Assembly (NCBI GenBank): GCA_964016885.1
Contig: OZ024740.1
Location: 11,842,001 to 11,906,000 of the forward strand
Direction of reading: 5' to 3'
From: Eledone cirrhosa
Taxonomy: Eukaryota
DNA length: 64,000 nucleotides
Below the pieces are notes generated by a model, which was not told where the DNA came from, did no database searches, and saw only the letters and a program-made list of their open reading frames with translations. The position numbers were made by a program, and so were the translations under genes. Below, one piece after another: positions 52,341-64,000 of the stretch. The first letter of the stretch is position 1. Every line of letters starts with the position of its first letter.

Positions 52341-52989
52341 AATCAGGGTGAATTCAGTTTGAAACTAGTTAAACCATTACTCAACTTGATACTTGGGGTA
52401 GTCAAGTATGGTCATAAAGAGTTGGGATCCGACTCTTTATAATATATGTAAAGGGGTCATGTTGATTATGGTGATTATGAAGTAGCTAAATATTTTATTT
52501 TTATTTTGTTAGGAGAAGACCCATCCAACTCTCACAAGTATGTAGAAACAGATGATGATTAGCAAAAATATTTTAAAACATTATTTATTCTAAAATATGT
52601 TGTGCAGCTTAAAGATTATAAAAGGTTACAGAAATATAGTTAATTAATTCACTGGAATGTTTCGTTAAATATTTTCAAGATTGTAAAATGTTCCAAAACA
52701 TCAAACCTAGACAAGTTCTTATCAAGATTTATAACCATTTTCTAGCAATACAATTCATTTAATGATCTCCCCCTCTCTTTCTCACACACACATTTTTTCT
52801 CAAAATATTTTAATAAAAACACAAATCACTATATAGAGTTAAATTTACCAAAAATTAAAAACTATTAAACACCTTTCTATAAAATAGAAACATTGATGTT
52901 GGGTGGGAAATAAGGTTTTATCTACATTCACATCAACATGTCTTCCTGGGAGTTAACACATGTGGGTTTTCTACAACTGTCATAGCTCA

Positions 52990-53665
52990 CAGCTGACCTG
53001 ACCTTACTGCTACAGTTGGTACAGATGACCTGACCATGCTACAGTTGGTACAGATGACCTGACCATGCTACAGTTGGTACAGATGACCTGACCATACTGC
53101 TACAGTTGGTACAGATGACCTGACCATACTACAGTTGGTACAGATGACCTGACCATACTGCTACAGGTGGTACAGATGACCTGACCATACTGCTACAGGT
53201 GGTACAGATGACCTGACCTTACTGCTACAGTTGGTACAGATGACCTGGCCTTACTACTACAGTTGGTACAGATGACCTGCCCATACTACAGTTGACATGT
53301 GACCTGATCCCAGATGTCGCATGAACTGACTTTTACTCGCAGTTGACACAGGTGACTTGATTTTATCCCACACAGCCATCACAGCTGACCTTATCTTACC
53401 CCACATAGCTATCACAAATTACCTTACTTTACCCCTTCACAGCTGACCTTAACCCCACACAGCTGTCACAGATGATCTTACCTTACCCACCTCACAGCTG
53501 ACCTTACCTTACTCCACACAGCTGTCACAAATTACCTTACTTTACCCCTACACAGCTGACCTTACCCCCATACAGCTGTCACAGATGATCTTACCTTACC
53601 CCCTCACAGCTGTCACAAATTACTTTACTTTACCCCTTCACAGCTGTCACAGATGATCTTACCCT
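52990..53665. repeat. 26-29 bp minisatellite grading into a related degenerate repeat
   Basis: tacagttggtacagatgacctgaccat..., then cacagctg(t/a)c..ccttacc variants. Confidence 0.85.
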
Positions 53666-53995
53666 ATGACCACTACTTAACAGTTACAACCTTCAAACCA
53701 TTCTACTTATCACAGATGAAAACAAAATAAACACTCTCCATATCGACAAGTGCCAAGAATAAACACTAATAAAATTAATTTGCAAATGTGAAAATTTACA
53801 GGACAATCTAACTTATACAAAGACAAGAATATAATTAACCTTTTAATATCATCCCTTGTTTAAATAAAACCATCCATTTTAAAGGGTTTCTACTTGAATT
53901 AAAACCTTCCAATATAATCTTATAAAAAATATATTACAAATACCATCTTAATGAAATTATAATTTTGGTAAATCCTTCCCAAATTCTCCATTTAT

Positions 53996-54318
53996 TACCA
54001 TAATTCCTGTCGCTGAAGACACTGCCCTCGAGTACACAACCCAGTTTTGACAACCAAAAATCTAAAAAAACATAAAAATAAGGTCCTGGCACTTCGGGTC
54101 TTGTTATCTAATTTTTTATGATATTTTGTTTATTTATTACTTTAACTAAGTATAATTTATACACTTCATTGTGAGGCCATATACAGGAGTTCAAATTACT
54201 GCCTAGAAGATATAATTTTCTTCTGATGTTAGATGTCTATGCATCCTCCAGGATGCATGGTAGATTGTTGAGACTTATTTTAGGGAAAAAATAGTGTCTT
54301 CGATGCCGGGAAATATAA
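53996..54318. mobile_element. Decayed pogo-like MITE nested in a TTAA MITE
   Basis: ttcctgtcgctgaagacact pairs imperfectly with agtgtcttcgatgccgggaa. Confidence 0.5.
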
Positions 54319-55108
54319 TTAAAATACAAAATATTTCATTAGAAATACTGTAATGAAAGGGTTAAACATGAAAAATAAGAAAGGTTAGAAGTCTGAAAAT
54401 TTAAATAAAGTAGGCAGGTGAAAATATGAAGCAAAGATGTGACTGAAATACAGGTTTCTGGAGCATGTTTACAACCATAATGAGCTTTCTAGTTATGAAG
54501 ACTTTAGAATGGAAACTCCACCCAGTTTTATCAGACGTAGGAGTAAAAGTGAAAATAACTATAAAATAGTGATCGCTTATTTTGTAGAGACCAATTAATC
54601 TTCCGCCATTTAAATACTGGGTTAAATAAAAAAAAAAAGAACTGTCACTCCCATAGCAATCTGTAAAGAAAACCAGCCAGCCATAACAACACCTACAAAA
54701 ATAGTTTGGAAAATTAAATTTAATAGATGGTATCACAATAAAATGCACCCACTATACTCTGTAACATAGGCTAGAAAGAACTCATGTTGAGGACATAACC
54801 TTTCTAGTGCAGACACCACAATAAATTCACCCAATAGACTATAAAGTTGTGCAAGCAAGGGTATCCAACCATAGAAACCATGTCAAAAATGGAATGTACA
54901 CACAAGAGATGGTCTACTGGCTACTTTACATGAAGATCACACTGACCACCACATAGGAAATGGAAAGTCACTTGGTTTAAAACCTCTCTCATAAACGATG
55001 CAAGTGAGATCACAAACAAAACTAACAGGAATAACTTTATATGTAACAAATGTACAGGAATAATTTCCAGTAAGAATACATGACAGTTTCTTTTAACTGG
55101 GTAACCTT

Positions 55109-55425
55109 CTTCTTAAAGCTTAGCCACAGTAAAAACGAGGTAGAAAAGTCAATGAAGGTATGTCTTCTAAATGATTAGCTACAGTAAAAACGAGGTAGAA
55201 AAGTCAATGAAGGTATGTCTTCTTAAAGCTTAGCCACAGTAAAAACGAGGTAGAAAAGTCAATGAAGGTATGTCTTCTAAATGATTAGCTACAGTAAAAA
55301 CGGGGTAGAAAAGTCAATGAAGGTATGTCTTCTTAAAGCTTAGCCACAGTAAAAACGAGGTAGAAAAGTCAATGAAGGTATGTCTTCTAAATGATTAGCT
55401 ACAGTAAAAACGGAGTAGAAAAGTC
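55109..55425. repeat. 55-bp monomer / 110-bp dimer tandem repeat
   Basis: Alternating cttcttaaagcttagcc and cttctaaatgattagct variants, about 6 monomers. Confidence 0.95.
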
Positions 55426-55652
55426 CAGTGAGTTAAAACTTCTGTTTGCAACGAAGGGGTTCATTCTCCAAGTCCACAACTGTATAATGCTGGTGCAGAA
55501 ACAAGAGTATTGATGCAGGGAATGTGTCTATGCTGGAATGTACAATGTTAGTGTGAATGAACAACAAAGTACAAATGAGTTGAGAGAAAAACTATGTATA
55601 AGAAGAATCAGATGTGGTGTGTAAGAAAGACTGCAGTATAGATATTTGATGC

Positions 55653-55852
55653 TTAACCTTTTAACATTTACATTACTTTATATTTACTATTGTATTTTCA
55701 TAATAAAGGCTTTACCTCACATATCGAATCTATGAGATTTTGTTATTTATTTTGAGAACAATATCTTAAAGTTTGTATGAGCGACCGGTTTGAACAGAAA
55801 GAGGTGAGAGAATTCTGGCTGGATTTGGCCAGTTTAAATGCTAATGGGTTAA
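55653..55852. mobile_element. TTAA MITE family 1
   Basis: ttaaccttttaacattta...taaatgctaatgggttaa; internal match to 14766..14981. Confidence 0.7.
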
Positions 55853-56996
55853 GGAAAGTGGCAATTGGGTGAAAATTTGACAAGTAATCCAAGTAGAAGG
55901 AAGCTATAAAAAAGGAAAACCAAGGAAGACATGGGGAATTGGTGAACGCCAATTTCAAAAGGCTGAACCTTACAAAGTAAGGTAAAGGACCACAACAAAT
56001 GTTGAGATGCTGTATTAAAGAAGACCCAGTCAAGCACTGTAAGTATAGTAAAATGAGTGCGTCTAGTGAAATAAATGGTTCACAGAATCAGTGAAACCAA
56101 GCTTTATTTTTTTTTTTTCTATTTTTTTTTATTGCTTTAGTCCAGAAGGGGTTGTGCTCATGTCTTTAAGCCCTGTGTGGCTGAGGGCTGCAGGAAAAAT
56201 CATGGATAGGGGAGGAATTTACACTTGTGACAGTTGTAAAACTTGGTATCTCTACATTGCCAAACAAGGAAGGAAGCATATGTTGTCACTCGACCTGCTA
56301 GAAATAGCAGCCAAATTTTCCTCATATTTGATCCTACCATCTTAAAAAAGGAAGTACACATTGAATAGAGTTAATAAACAAAATATGTTTGAAAAAATAA
56401 AAATAAAAAGCAAAAGGATGATCATAACTGAAATACTTTTGATTGTATGTTTTGTTGATTGTGTTGGTTGTCCTGTTGGTCAGATTGTAGGTCTTGTTGG
56501 TGAGTTGGTCAGAACTGACCTCTGACTAAACTGGTAGATTTTTAAAAGTAGGGTCATTTGTCAAAAGAGCAACACCAATTAACTCCTAACAACTTGCAAA
56601 GATTTAGAAAATATATTTAAAATGGGTTTATTAATTTAAATGTTTCTAGTATCTATACTATTGGACAGATGGATTGTTGTGTAATTTATAATATAAAAGA
56701 AAAGACTAATTTTTAATGTAACATAGTCATAGTGCATTTTTGTACTTTTCAAGAATGCCTTGCTAATGCAAATTCGTGTGGTACAGGATGTTAAGAGTTA
56801 AAACAACAAAAACAAAATATTTCTAGAACTATAAACGTTGTTAAAGAATTCTTGCAGTAGATTATTAATTAAGCGGAAAGAAAATATCTAATCCTTTTTG
56901 ATTTGCTAATTATTTTAAAATTTGAACCTGTAATCTGCTTATTTAGATTAACTGTTGTTGCCCTAAGTCAGTCCTCATTCAGCAAACAGACCTATA

Positions 56997-57645
56997 ATAG
57001 TTTCTGATTTAGGTACAAGGCCAACAATTTTAGGGGAAGGGAAAGTTGATTAAACAAACCCCAGTGCTTTATTTTATCGACCCTGGAAGGATGAAAAGTA
57101 AAGCTAGCTTTCAGCAGGATTTGAACTCAGAAGATCAAGAGTCTGAACAAATACTAAGCATCTTCAATGAGTGACAAGTGAAGATAATAATAATTGTTTC
57201 TGATTTAGGCACAAGGCCAACAATTATCCCAGTACATTACTGGTACTTTATTTTATCAACTCCATAAGGATGAAAGGCAAAGTTAACCTCGGCGGAATCT
57301 GAACTCAGACTGTAAAGGGCCGTAACTACACTGTATAGCGTGGCATCCGACTCTCTACTGATACTGCCAAATAATAGTTTCTGATTTAGGCACAAGGCCA
57401 ACAATTTTAGGTGACAGGGGGAAAGTCGATTAAAATCAACCCCAGTGCATTATTGGTATTTTATCGACCCCAAAAGGATAAAACGCAAAGCTAATCTCAG
57501 CTGGATTTGAACTCAGAAAGTAAAGGGACATAACTATGTCACAAAGCATGTTGTCCGACCCTCTACCAATCCACCACCCTTAATAATAATTGTTTCTAAT
57601 TTAAGCACAAAGCCAGCAATTTGAAGGCAGAAGCAAGTCGATATG
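56997..57645 (-). mobile_element. Head-to-tail cluster of 3-4 copies of the same SINE
   Basis: Tail tttctgatttaggcacaaggcc recurs at about 57001, 57197, 57378 and 57593. Confidence 0.75.
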
Positions 57646-57900
57646 GACAATGACCATAGCCTTCTGCAATAACATAACTAGAAGAATGGAATATTCTAGA
57701 TGCTTTTATAGTAGAAGTATATTTTAGTTGAGTAACTCAATGTTTGGAATTTAAATTCCAATCTCACTCACTGACTTTCATCATCAACAGCTGGTATCAA
57801 CCCCACCCACACACAAACATCTACAATAAAAACTTCTCTGCCTCACCTTTTAGCTGTTGATGTTTGTTTTTTTACTATCAAATCTACTACTATATCTTAA

Positions 57901-58632
57901 GTAGTAGTACTAGTAGTGGTACTAGTAGTAGTAGTGGTGATGGTGGTGGTGGTGATGGTACTAGTAGTAGTGGTGGTAGTGGAGGTGTTAATTGTGGTGG
58001 TACTTGTAATGGCAGTGATAGTATTAGAAGTGGTGGTGGTGGTGGTGATAGTGGTGGTGGTGGTGGTGATAGTGGTGGTGGTGGTGGTGATAGTGGTGGT
58101 GGTGGTGGTGATACTAGTGGTGGTGGTGGTGGTGATACTAGTGGTGGTGTTAATGGTGCTTGTAATGGCAGTGATAGTAGTAGTAGCAGCAGCAGTAGTG
58201 GTGGTGGTACTAGTAGCTGTGGTGGTGGTGATGGTAGTAGTAGTAGTGGTGGTAGTGGTACTAGTGGTAATGGTGGTGGTGGTGGTGGTGGTAATGGTGG
58301 TGGTGGTGGTGGTGTTAATGGTGGTGGTGGTGGTGGTGGTGGTGGTAATGGTGGTGGTGGTGGTAATGGTGGTGGTGGTGGTAATGGTGGTGGTGGTGGT
58401 AATGGTGGTGGTGGTGGTAATGGTGGTGGTGGTGTTAATGGTGGTGGTGGTGTTAATGGTGGTGGTGGTGACAGTGGTAGTAGTAATAGAATAACAACAA
58501 ATATAACCAATTGTATAGTATTGTATAATAATCAGAAGGCACCACCACCACCGCCGCCACCACTACCATCACCACCACCACCACTAGTACCACCACCACC
58601 ACCACCACTACTACCACCACCACTAGTACCAC
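57901..58632. repeat. (GGT/AGT)n trinucleotide tract followed by an inverted (ACC)n tract
   Basis: GGT-rich 57901..58486, ACC-rich 58541..58632. Confidence 0.95.
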
Positions 58633-58809
58633 TTAAACTGCTGTCTGGCTGAGGAACCATTATATACATCAAACAAAGGAAGGAAGAGCAAAAAAAAACT
58701 GACAAAAAACAATATAGCTAATGTATATAATAAAGTATTGTATATAGAGATAGTATATAGTAATGGATGTTGGATGAGGATGTATACCATTATTGGGTGT
58801 TTATATATA

Positions 58810-58912
58810 TACAGGGTGTCCCAAGATAATGTATACACACTTTGATTACTTGTACAGGCAATATTTATTAGAATATTGTTGGTGTGTATACATTTTGGGG
58901 GGACACTATGTA
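58810..58912. mobile_element. Small Tc1/mariner-type MITE
   Basis: tacagggtgtccc..aatgtatacacac / gtgtgtatacatt..gggacactatgta. Confidence 0.7.
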
Positions 58913-58955
58913 TGTATGCATATATATATTTATCATATATGTGTGCGTGTGTGTG

Positions 58956-58995
<40 letters not shown>

Positions 58996-61072
58996 ATACT
59001 ACATTAGTTCTCACTGATTCTATCAACAAATGTTCCTTATATCAGCTATTAGCTGTATATGACTACTTTGTATCTCTCACACACACACACACGCACACAC
59101 GCGCACGCACACCCATGCAACGCTGGTGGTATTAGGCTCAGGACAGATGTGAAATGTAGACCCCATTTCAAACCTCTTATTAACCCTTTTAATACCAAAC
59201 TGCCTGAAACCAATCCCTGGCTCTGCAATACACTCTGAAGTGTTTATATTTATCTAAAAACCTAACATTTTTATTCAAATACCTTTTTTTAAATTATATT
59301 CCAAACAACAGCTTAATAATGAGAAAGTCTCATTATTACATCACTCCAAATTATTGATTATTTTCAAAATTTATTGAAAATCATAGGTAGTGTCTTTCGT
59401 TAGAAATGTGGTAATGAAAGAGTTAAGAATTTTAGTAATCAGTACTACATACATGATTTTACATAGGAATATATATTGTATACACAGTTGGCTACCAATG
59501 GTTCCACAACGTAACAGAGATTGCAGAATAAGCAAGTGTTAACTTCAACTGTTTTAAATACTATTTGTAAAGAAACACAAATGGTCCTAGCTGCAGTTAA
59601 TGTTTGCCATGCTATGTAAGCTCAGTTAGGTTATGAAATTATTGGTAGTCTCATTCATTTCATTTCATTTTACGTCTGCTTTTTCCCTGCTTGCAAGGGT
59701 GGGACGGGAACTGATGCTGGCTCGATTTCTACAGCTGGATGCCCTTCCTAACACCAACCTCATTTACAGTGAGTGCTGGGTGCTTTTTTGCCGTGGCACC
59801 TCCACGACCACTTTGCAGTGGAATGATATGGACCCCAGTCCCTATCATCTCATTTCTACAGCTGAGTAAACTGGAGCAATGTGAAATAAAGTGTCTTGCT
59901 CAAGGAAACAACACATCACCCGGTCTGAGAATTGAACTCACAACCTTTCGATTGCAAGGCTCTAACCACTAAGCCATGTGCCTGTAATATGAGGTATGTG
60001 ATAGATATTATCTCTATTACTGAATATAGAACACTTTTGTTGATGGTCATTAGACTACACACACATTATTATTCATTATTATTGTCATCATTATTATTGT
60101 CATTATGTCTGCTTTGCCTGCTAACAAAGGCTGGATGAGTACATATAGACCAAGTCCCAGGCAAGCCAGGGACCATATGTATGGTCTCATATTCCATTGA
60201 ATGCTCATAAGAGGTTGTCACACCTTTGACACAACTGAGGGTCCTCCCAGCCCTTTGTTTGGCAAGAGTTCTATGACTGGATGCCCTTCCTATCACTAAC
60301 AACTTGGGGGGAGGCTGCCAGAAATGTGAGAGGTTGAAATAGTGAAGTTGAGAATAACTGTTAGGGAGTGATTGTGGAATATATATATATATATATATAT
60401 ACTCACGTCCTAACACTCCACTCTTCACCAGGTAAGTACCCCACTCTAGACCTACCTCTCCAAACCCCCCAGTCCACACTAAAGTGGCCATTTTGGTGCC
60501 ATGACAAAAAGTACCCAGACCACACAGTAAATGTGGTTGGCATTAGGAAGAGCATCCAGCTGTAGAAACCAAGCTAGAAACAGTTCTTCCTGAGCAAGAC
60601 ATGGTTACCTGATCTGACTTGTCTCACAACAGGACAACTTGTCTAACCCATGCCGGTGTGGAAAAATGGACATTAAACAGCAATGACGATGATGATAACT
60701 ATGCAGCCCATACAAGCAGAGAACAACAAGCGTAAAATGAAAATAATATATATCAATACAATAAGACCATAATTTTTAGAAATGTTCTCAAAACAAAATA
60801 TATTCCCTGACATTTTTTCAGAACTAAAGCTTACAGTTATTGATTGTAAACATGAACAAAGAGGAGATATGATTCTATATATTCTATTGATTAAACTCCA
60901 GCTAGCGCGCGTGCGTATTGTCTGCAGTGCTGAGACTGGAGACCACAAATCTGGGGTGTACTTTATCCATGAGAAGAAGCAAAGTGGGTATAGAGGAAAG
61001 TAAAACCTCCAACAGGAATACAACCCAAAACTGCTTTTGCAATTGTGTTTTTGCCTCTTCCTTCTCCCTCAC

Positions 61073-61076
61073 TATA

Positions 61077-61112
<36 letters not shown>

Positions 61113-61357
61113 CATATATACATATATATACATATATACATATATACATATATATACATACATATATATATACATATATATATACATATATATACATATA
61201 TATATACATATATATATACATATATATATACATATATATATACATATATATATACATATATATATACATATACATATATATATACATATATATATACATA
61301 CATATATATATACATATATATATACATACATATATATATATATACATATATATATAC

Positions 61358-61388
<31 letters not shown>

Positions 61389-61389
61389 C

Positions 61390-61420
<31 letters not shown>

Positions 61421-61465
61421 CATATATATATACATATACATATATATATACATATATACATATAT

Positions 61466-61500
<35 letters not shown>

Positions 61501-61673
61501 TATACATATATATATACATATATATATACATATACATATATATATATATATACATATATATATACATATACATATATATATACATATACATATATATATA
61601 CATATACATATATATATATATATACATATATATATACATATACATATATATATATATATACATATATATATAC

Positions 61674-61704
<31 letters not shown>

Positions 61705-61723
61705 CATATATACATATATATAT

Positions 61724-61804
<81 letters not shown>

Positions 61805-61935
61805 TGCGCATATATATATATATATACACACACATGCGCACATATATATATGCACACATATATATATACACACACACAGAGGCACACACATGTACATACA
61901 AATATATACATACACACACACACATACATACATAC
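61073..61935. repeat. (TA)n/(CATA) compound microsatellite, ~860 bp
   Basis: Directly visible. Confidence 0.98.
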
Positions 61936-62437
61936 ATTAGCTCTGTGTGTATCCCAGTTTTTAGAATAGATACCTCTTATGACATGCAAGGATACAGTGT
62001 GACTAAAAGGGGTTGTCATCAGGAATGACATTTGACAGTAAAACCTTGTCTAAAAACGTCCAACATCTGGACAAAATGGTGGACTTAAATAAATGATAAT
62101 GACGAAAGCACTAAATATTGAAAACTATGTTAATATTACAACACAACATTACAGATTCATATGAAAGAATATAGAGGGAACAGAAATAGTATTTGTCAAC
62201 AGAATATATACATGCACATGTGGAACATGGTGTGAAGCCATTTTAACTGCTGAAGCAAGCTTAGCCTCTCGACTTTGCCCTATATTCTGCATCACCCTCA
62301 CCAACCCACTGGCTTTCATTTCCGCCATCTTAACCTTTTAGCATTTAAACCGGCCAGAATTCATTCATCTCTTTCTGTTCAAACCGGCCATAACTGCCCA
62401 CTTATACTGATGTTAAGGTCTTGTTCAAAAGAATAAT

Positions 62438-62578
62438 TGTTTCTACTTTGGGCACAAGGCCAGCAATTACCCAGTGCATTACTGGTATTTTATTTTATCG
62501 ACACCGTAAGGATGAAAGGCAAAATTAACCTCGGCGGGATTTGGACTCAGGCCATAAAGGGCCGTAACTCTTTGCTGC
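62438..62578 (-). mobile_element. SINE inserted in a TTAA MITE
   Basis: 10-bp direct repeat aaagaataat at 62428 and 62579 flanks the SINE core. Confidence 0.8.
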
Positions 62579-62669
62579 AAAGAATAATATCAAAATCTCA
62601 GAGTCGATATTATGTGAGGTAAGGACTTTACAAAAATACAATAGTATATAGAGTAATGGGTTGAGCCAT

Positions 62670-63170
62670 GTCATTGTTGGTCTTACCCTATACTCATTTC
62701 CATCATTCCTTTCACCAATAATTTTCATATTTCCTCAACACATGGCCTAAACATCTCATTCCATCCCTTTTCTGTTGCCCCACATTTAACACCCATGGTT
62801 CTCTCTCTCATAAATCATGGCACTTCTCATACCTGTAACATACACCTTTCCTTTCAGTGATTCTACCCTATTAGCATGCTACTCAGTTCTCAGAATTTCA
62901 TCCATGCACGTCTCACTCTAGCCACCATCACCAAATTCAATCTACCTTCTTCATTCAACAGGTATCCTGGGTGTTCACACTTTACGTTTACTTGCTCAAC
63001 AGATCCAACTCAACATCCCCTCTATCTGCTACCTTCTCCATATACTTAAATCTAGCTGCCATGTACACACCCAGCACATAATCTACATTTAATGAAGTTC
63101 ACTAATGCCCTTCCTGTCCACTGCACATAGCCACATCCTACCTTATTCCATGTTTTACCACTTGCCATAT
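62670..63170 (-). mobile_element. Very degenerate RTE-like fragment
   Basis: Reverse complement gives W..FRELS.L and RCLGHV...GRPTM-like remnants. Confidence 0.4.
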
Positions 63171-63524
63171 ATAGAAGTTGTTACAATTCACACCTATGTA
63201 ACTTTAGTTGGGCTTATACAAAGTTGTATCTCATAGGTTTCAGGGATTTTTAATGATAAGGATCCCAGTCCTATCATGAAAAACCACACAAAATGAAGCA
63301 TCTTACTCAAGAACACAACTCACCACCTGGTTCAAGAATCAAACCCATAACCTTATGGTCATGATTCCAACATCCTAACCCATCTCAACACCACTTGTTC
63401 CTTGTTTCAAAGTATTTTGTTTTGTTGGTATTTCTGAGAACTGAATATAACAATCCTTGAAATTGATCTGACAACCCTGGGTTGTAACAGAGGAGATATA
63501 TTACATATGTTATTGTGTCTGCCT

Positions 63525-64000
63525 TAGTCACATATGTAACACAGTAAACACAGTCAGATATGTAACATAAAGCAGTCACATTCACATGTGAAGCAAAGCA
63601 AACAGTGACATATGTAACACAGAGCAGTTACAATCACATGTAACAGACCAGTCTCATATATAACACAGCAATCACAATCAGATATGTAACACAGCAGTCA
63701 CAATCAGATATGTAACACAACAGACAGTCACATATGTAACACAGCAGACACAGTCACATATGTAACACAGCAGACAGTCACATATGTAACAACAGTCACA
63801 TATGTAACACAGCAGACAGTCACATATGTAACAACAGACAGTCACATATGTAACACAGCAGACAGTCACATATGTAACACAGCAGACAGTCACATATGTA
63901 ACACAGCAGACAGTCACATATGTAACACAGCAGACAGTCACATATGTAACACAGCAGACAGTCACATATGTAACACAACAGACAGACACATGTAACACAA
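63525..64000. repeat. ~24-bp minisatellite running off the window edge
   Basis: cagtcacatatgtaacacagcaga. Confidence 0.95.

Noticed and set aside
57841-57900. Strong AAG/GTGAGG donor as a candidate first coding exon
   Set aside because: The phase-0 frame needed for exon A contains TAA; could only be a UTR exon and has no other support
57864-58652. Poly-Gly, poly-Pro and poly-Val ORFs
   Set aside because: By-products of the trinucleotide tract; no splice-compatible link to the gene
60902-62031. Six overlapping 300+ aa YI/YM ORFs
   Set aside because: (TA)n microsatellite lacks stops in all frames

Overview
AT-rich, microsatellite-rich metazoan DNA, most likely octopod cephalopod (inferred from the repeat families, not proven). 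One gene spans the window on the minus strand: a Patronin/CAMSAP microtubule minus-end protein. I could splice 11 coding exons by hand with GT-AG ends and consistent phases (51712 down to 3186), covering the N-terminal region, CAMSAP CH domain, CC1 and CC2. The first coding exon and the CC3/CKK exons were not found. The introns hold a ~17.2 kb satellite, five RTE-clade LINE copies whose RT carries a PHD-type zinc finger insert, a second RTE family, tRNA-derived Nin/Deu-type SINEs, TTAA- and TA-flanked MITEs, a small Helitron and several minisatellites. Main leads: (1) a near-intact minimal hammerhead ribozyme on the pre-mRNA strand whose only two helix defects are A-C mismatches, plus other hammerhead or foldback remnants; (2) the PHD finger inside the RT; (3) inverted near-identical LINEs bracketing a 456-nt, frame-closed block of exons (circRNA or skipping candidate); (4) a 42-bp VNTR that could splice in frame. 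All functional readings are hypotheses, and repeat boundaries are approximate.
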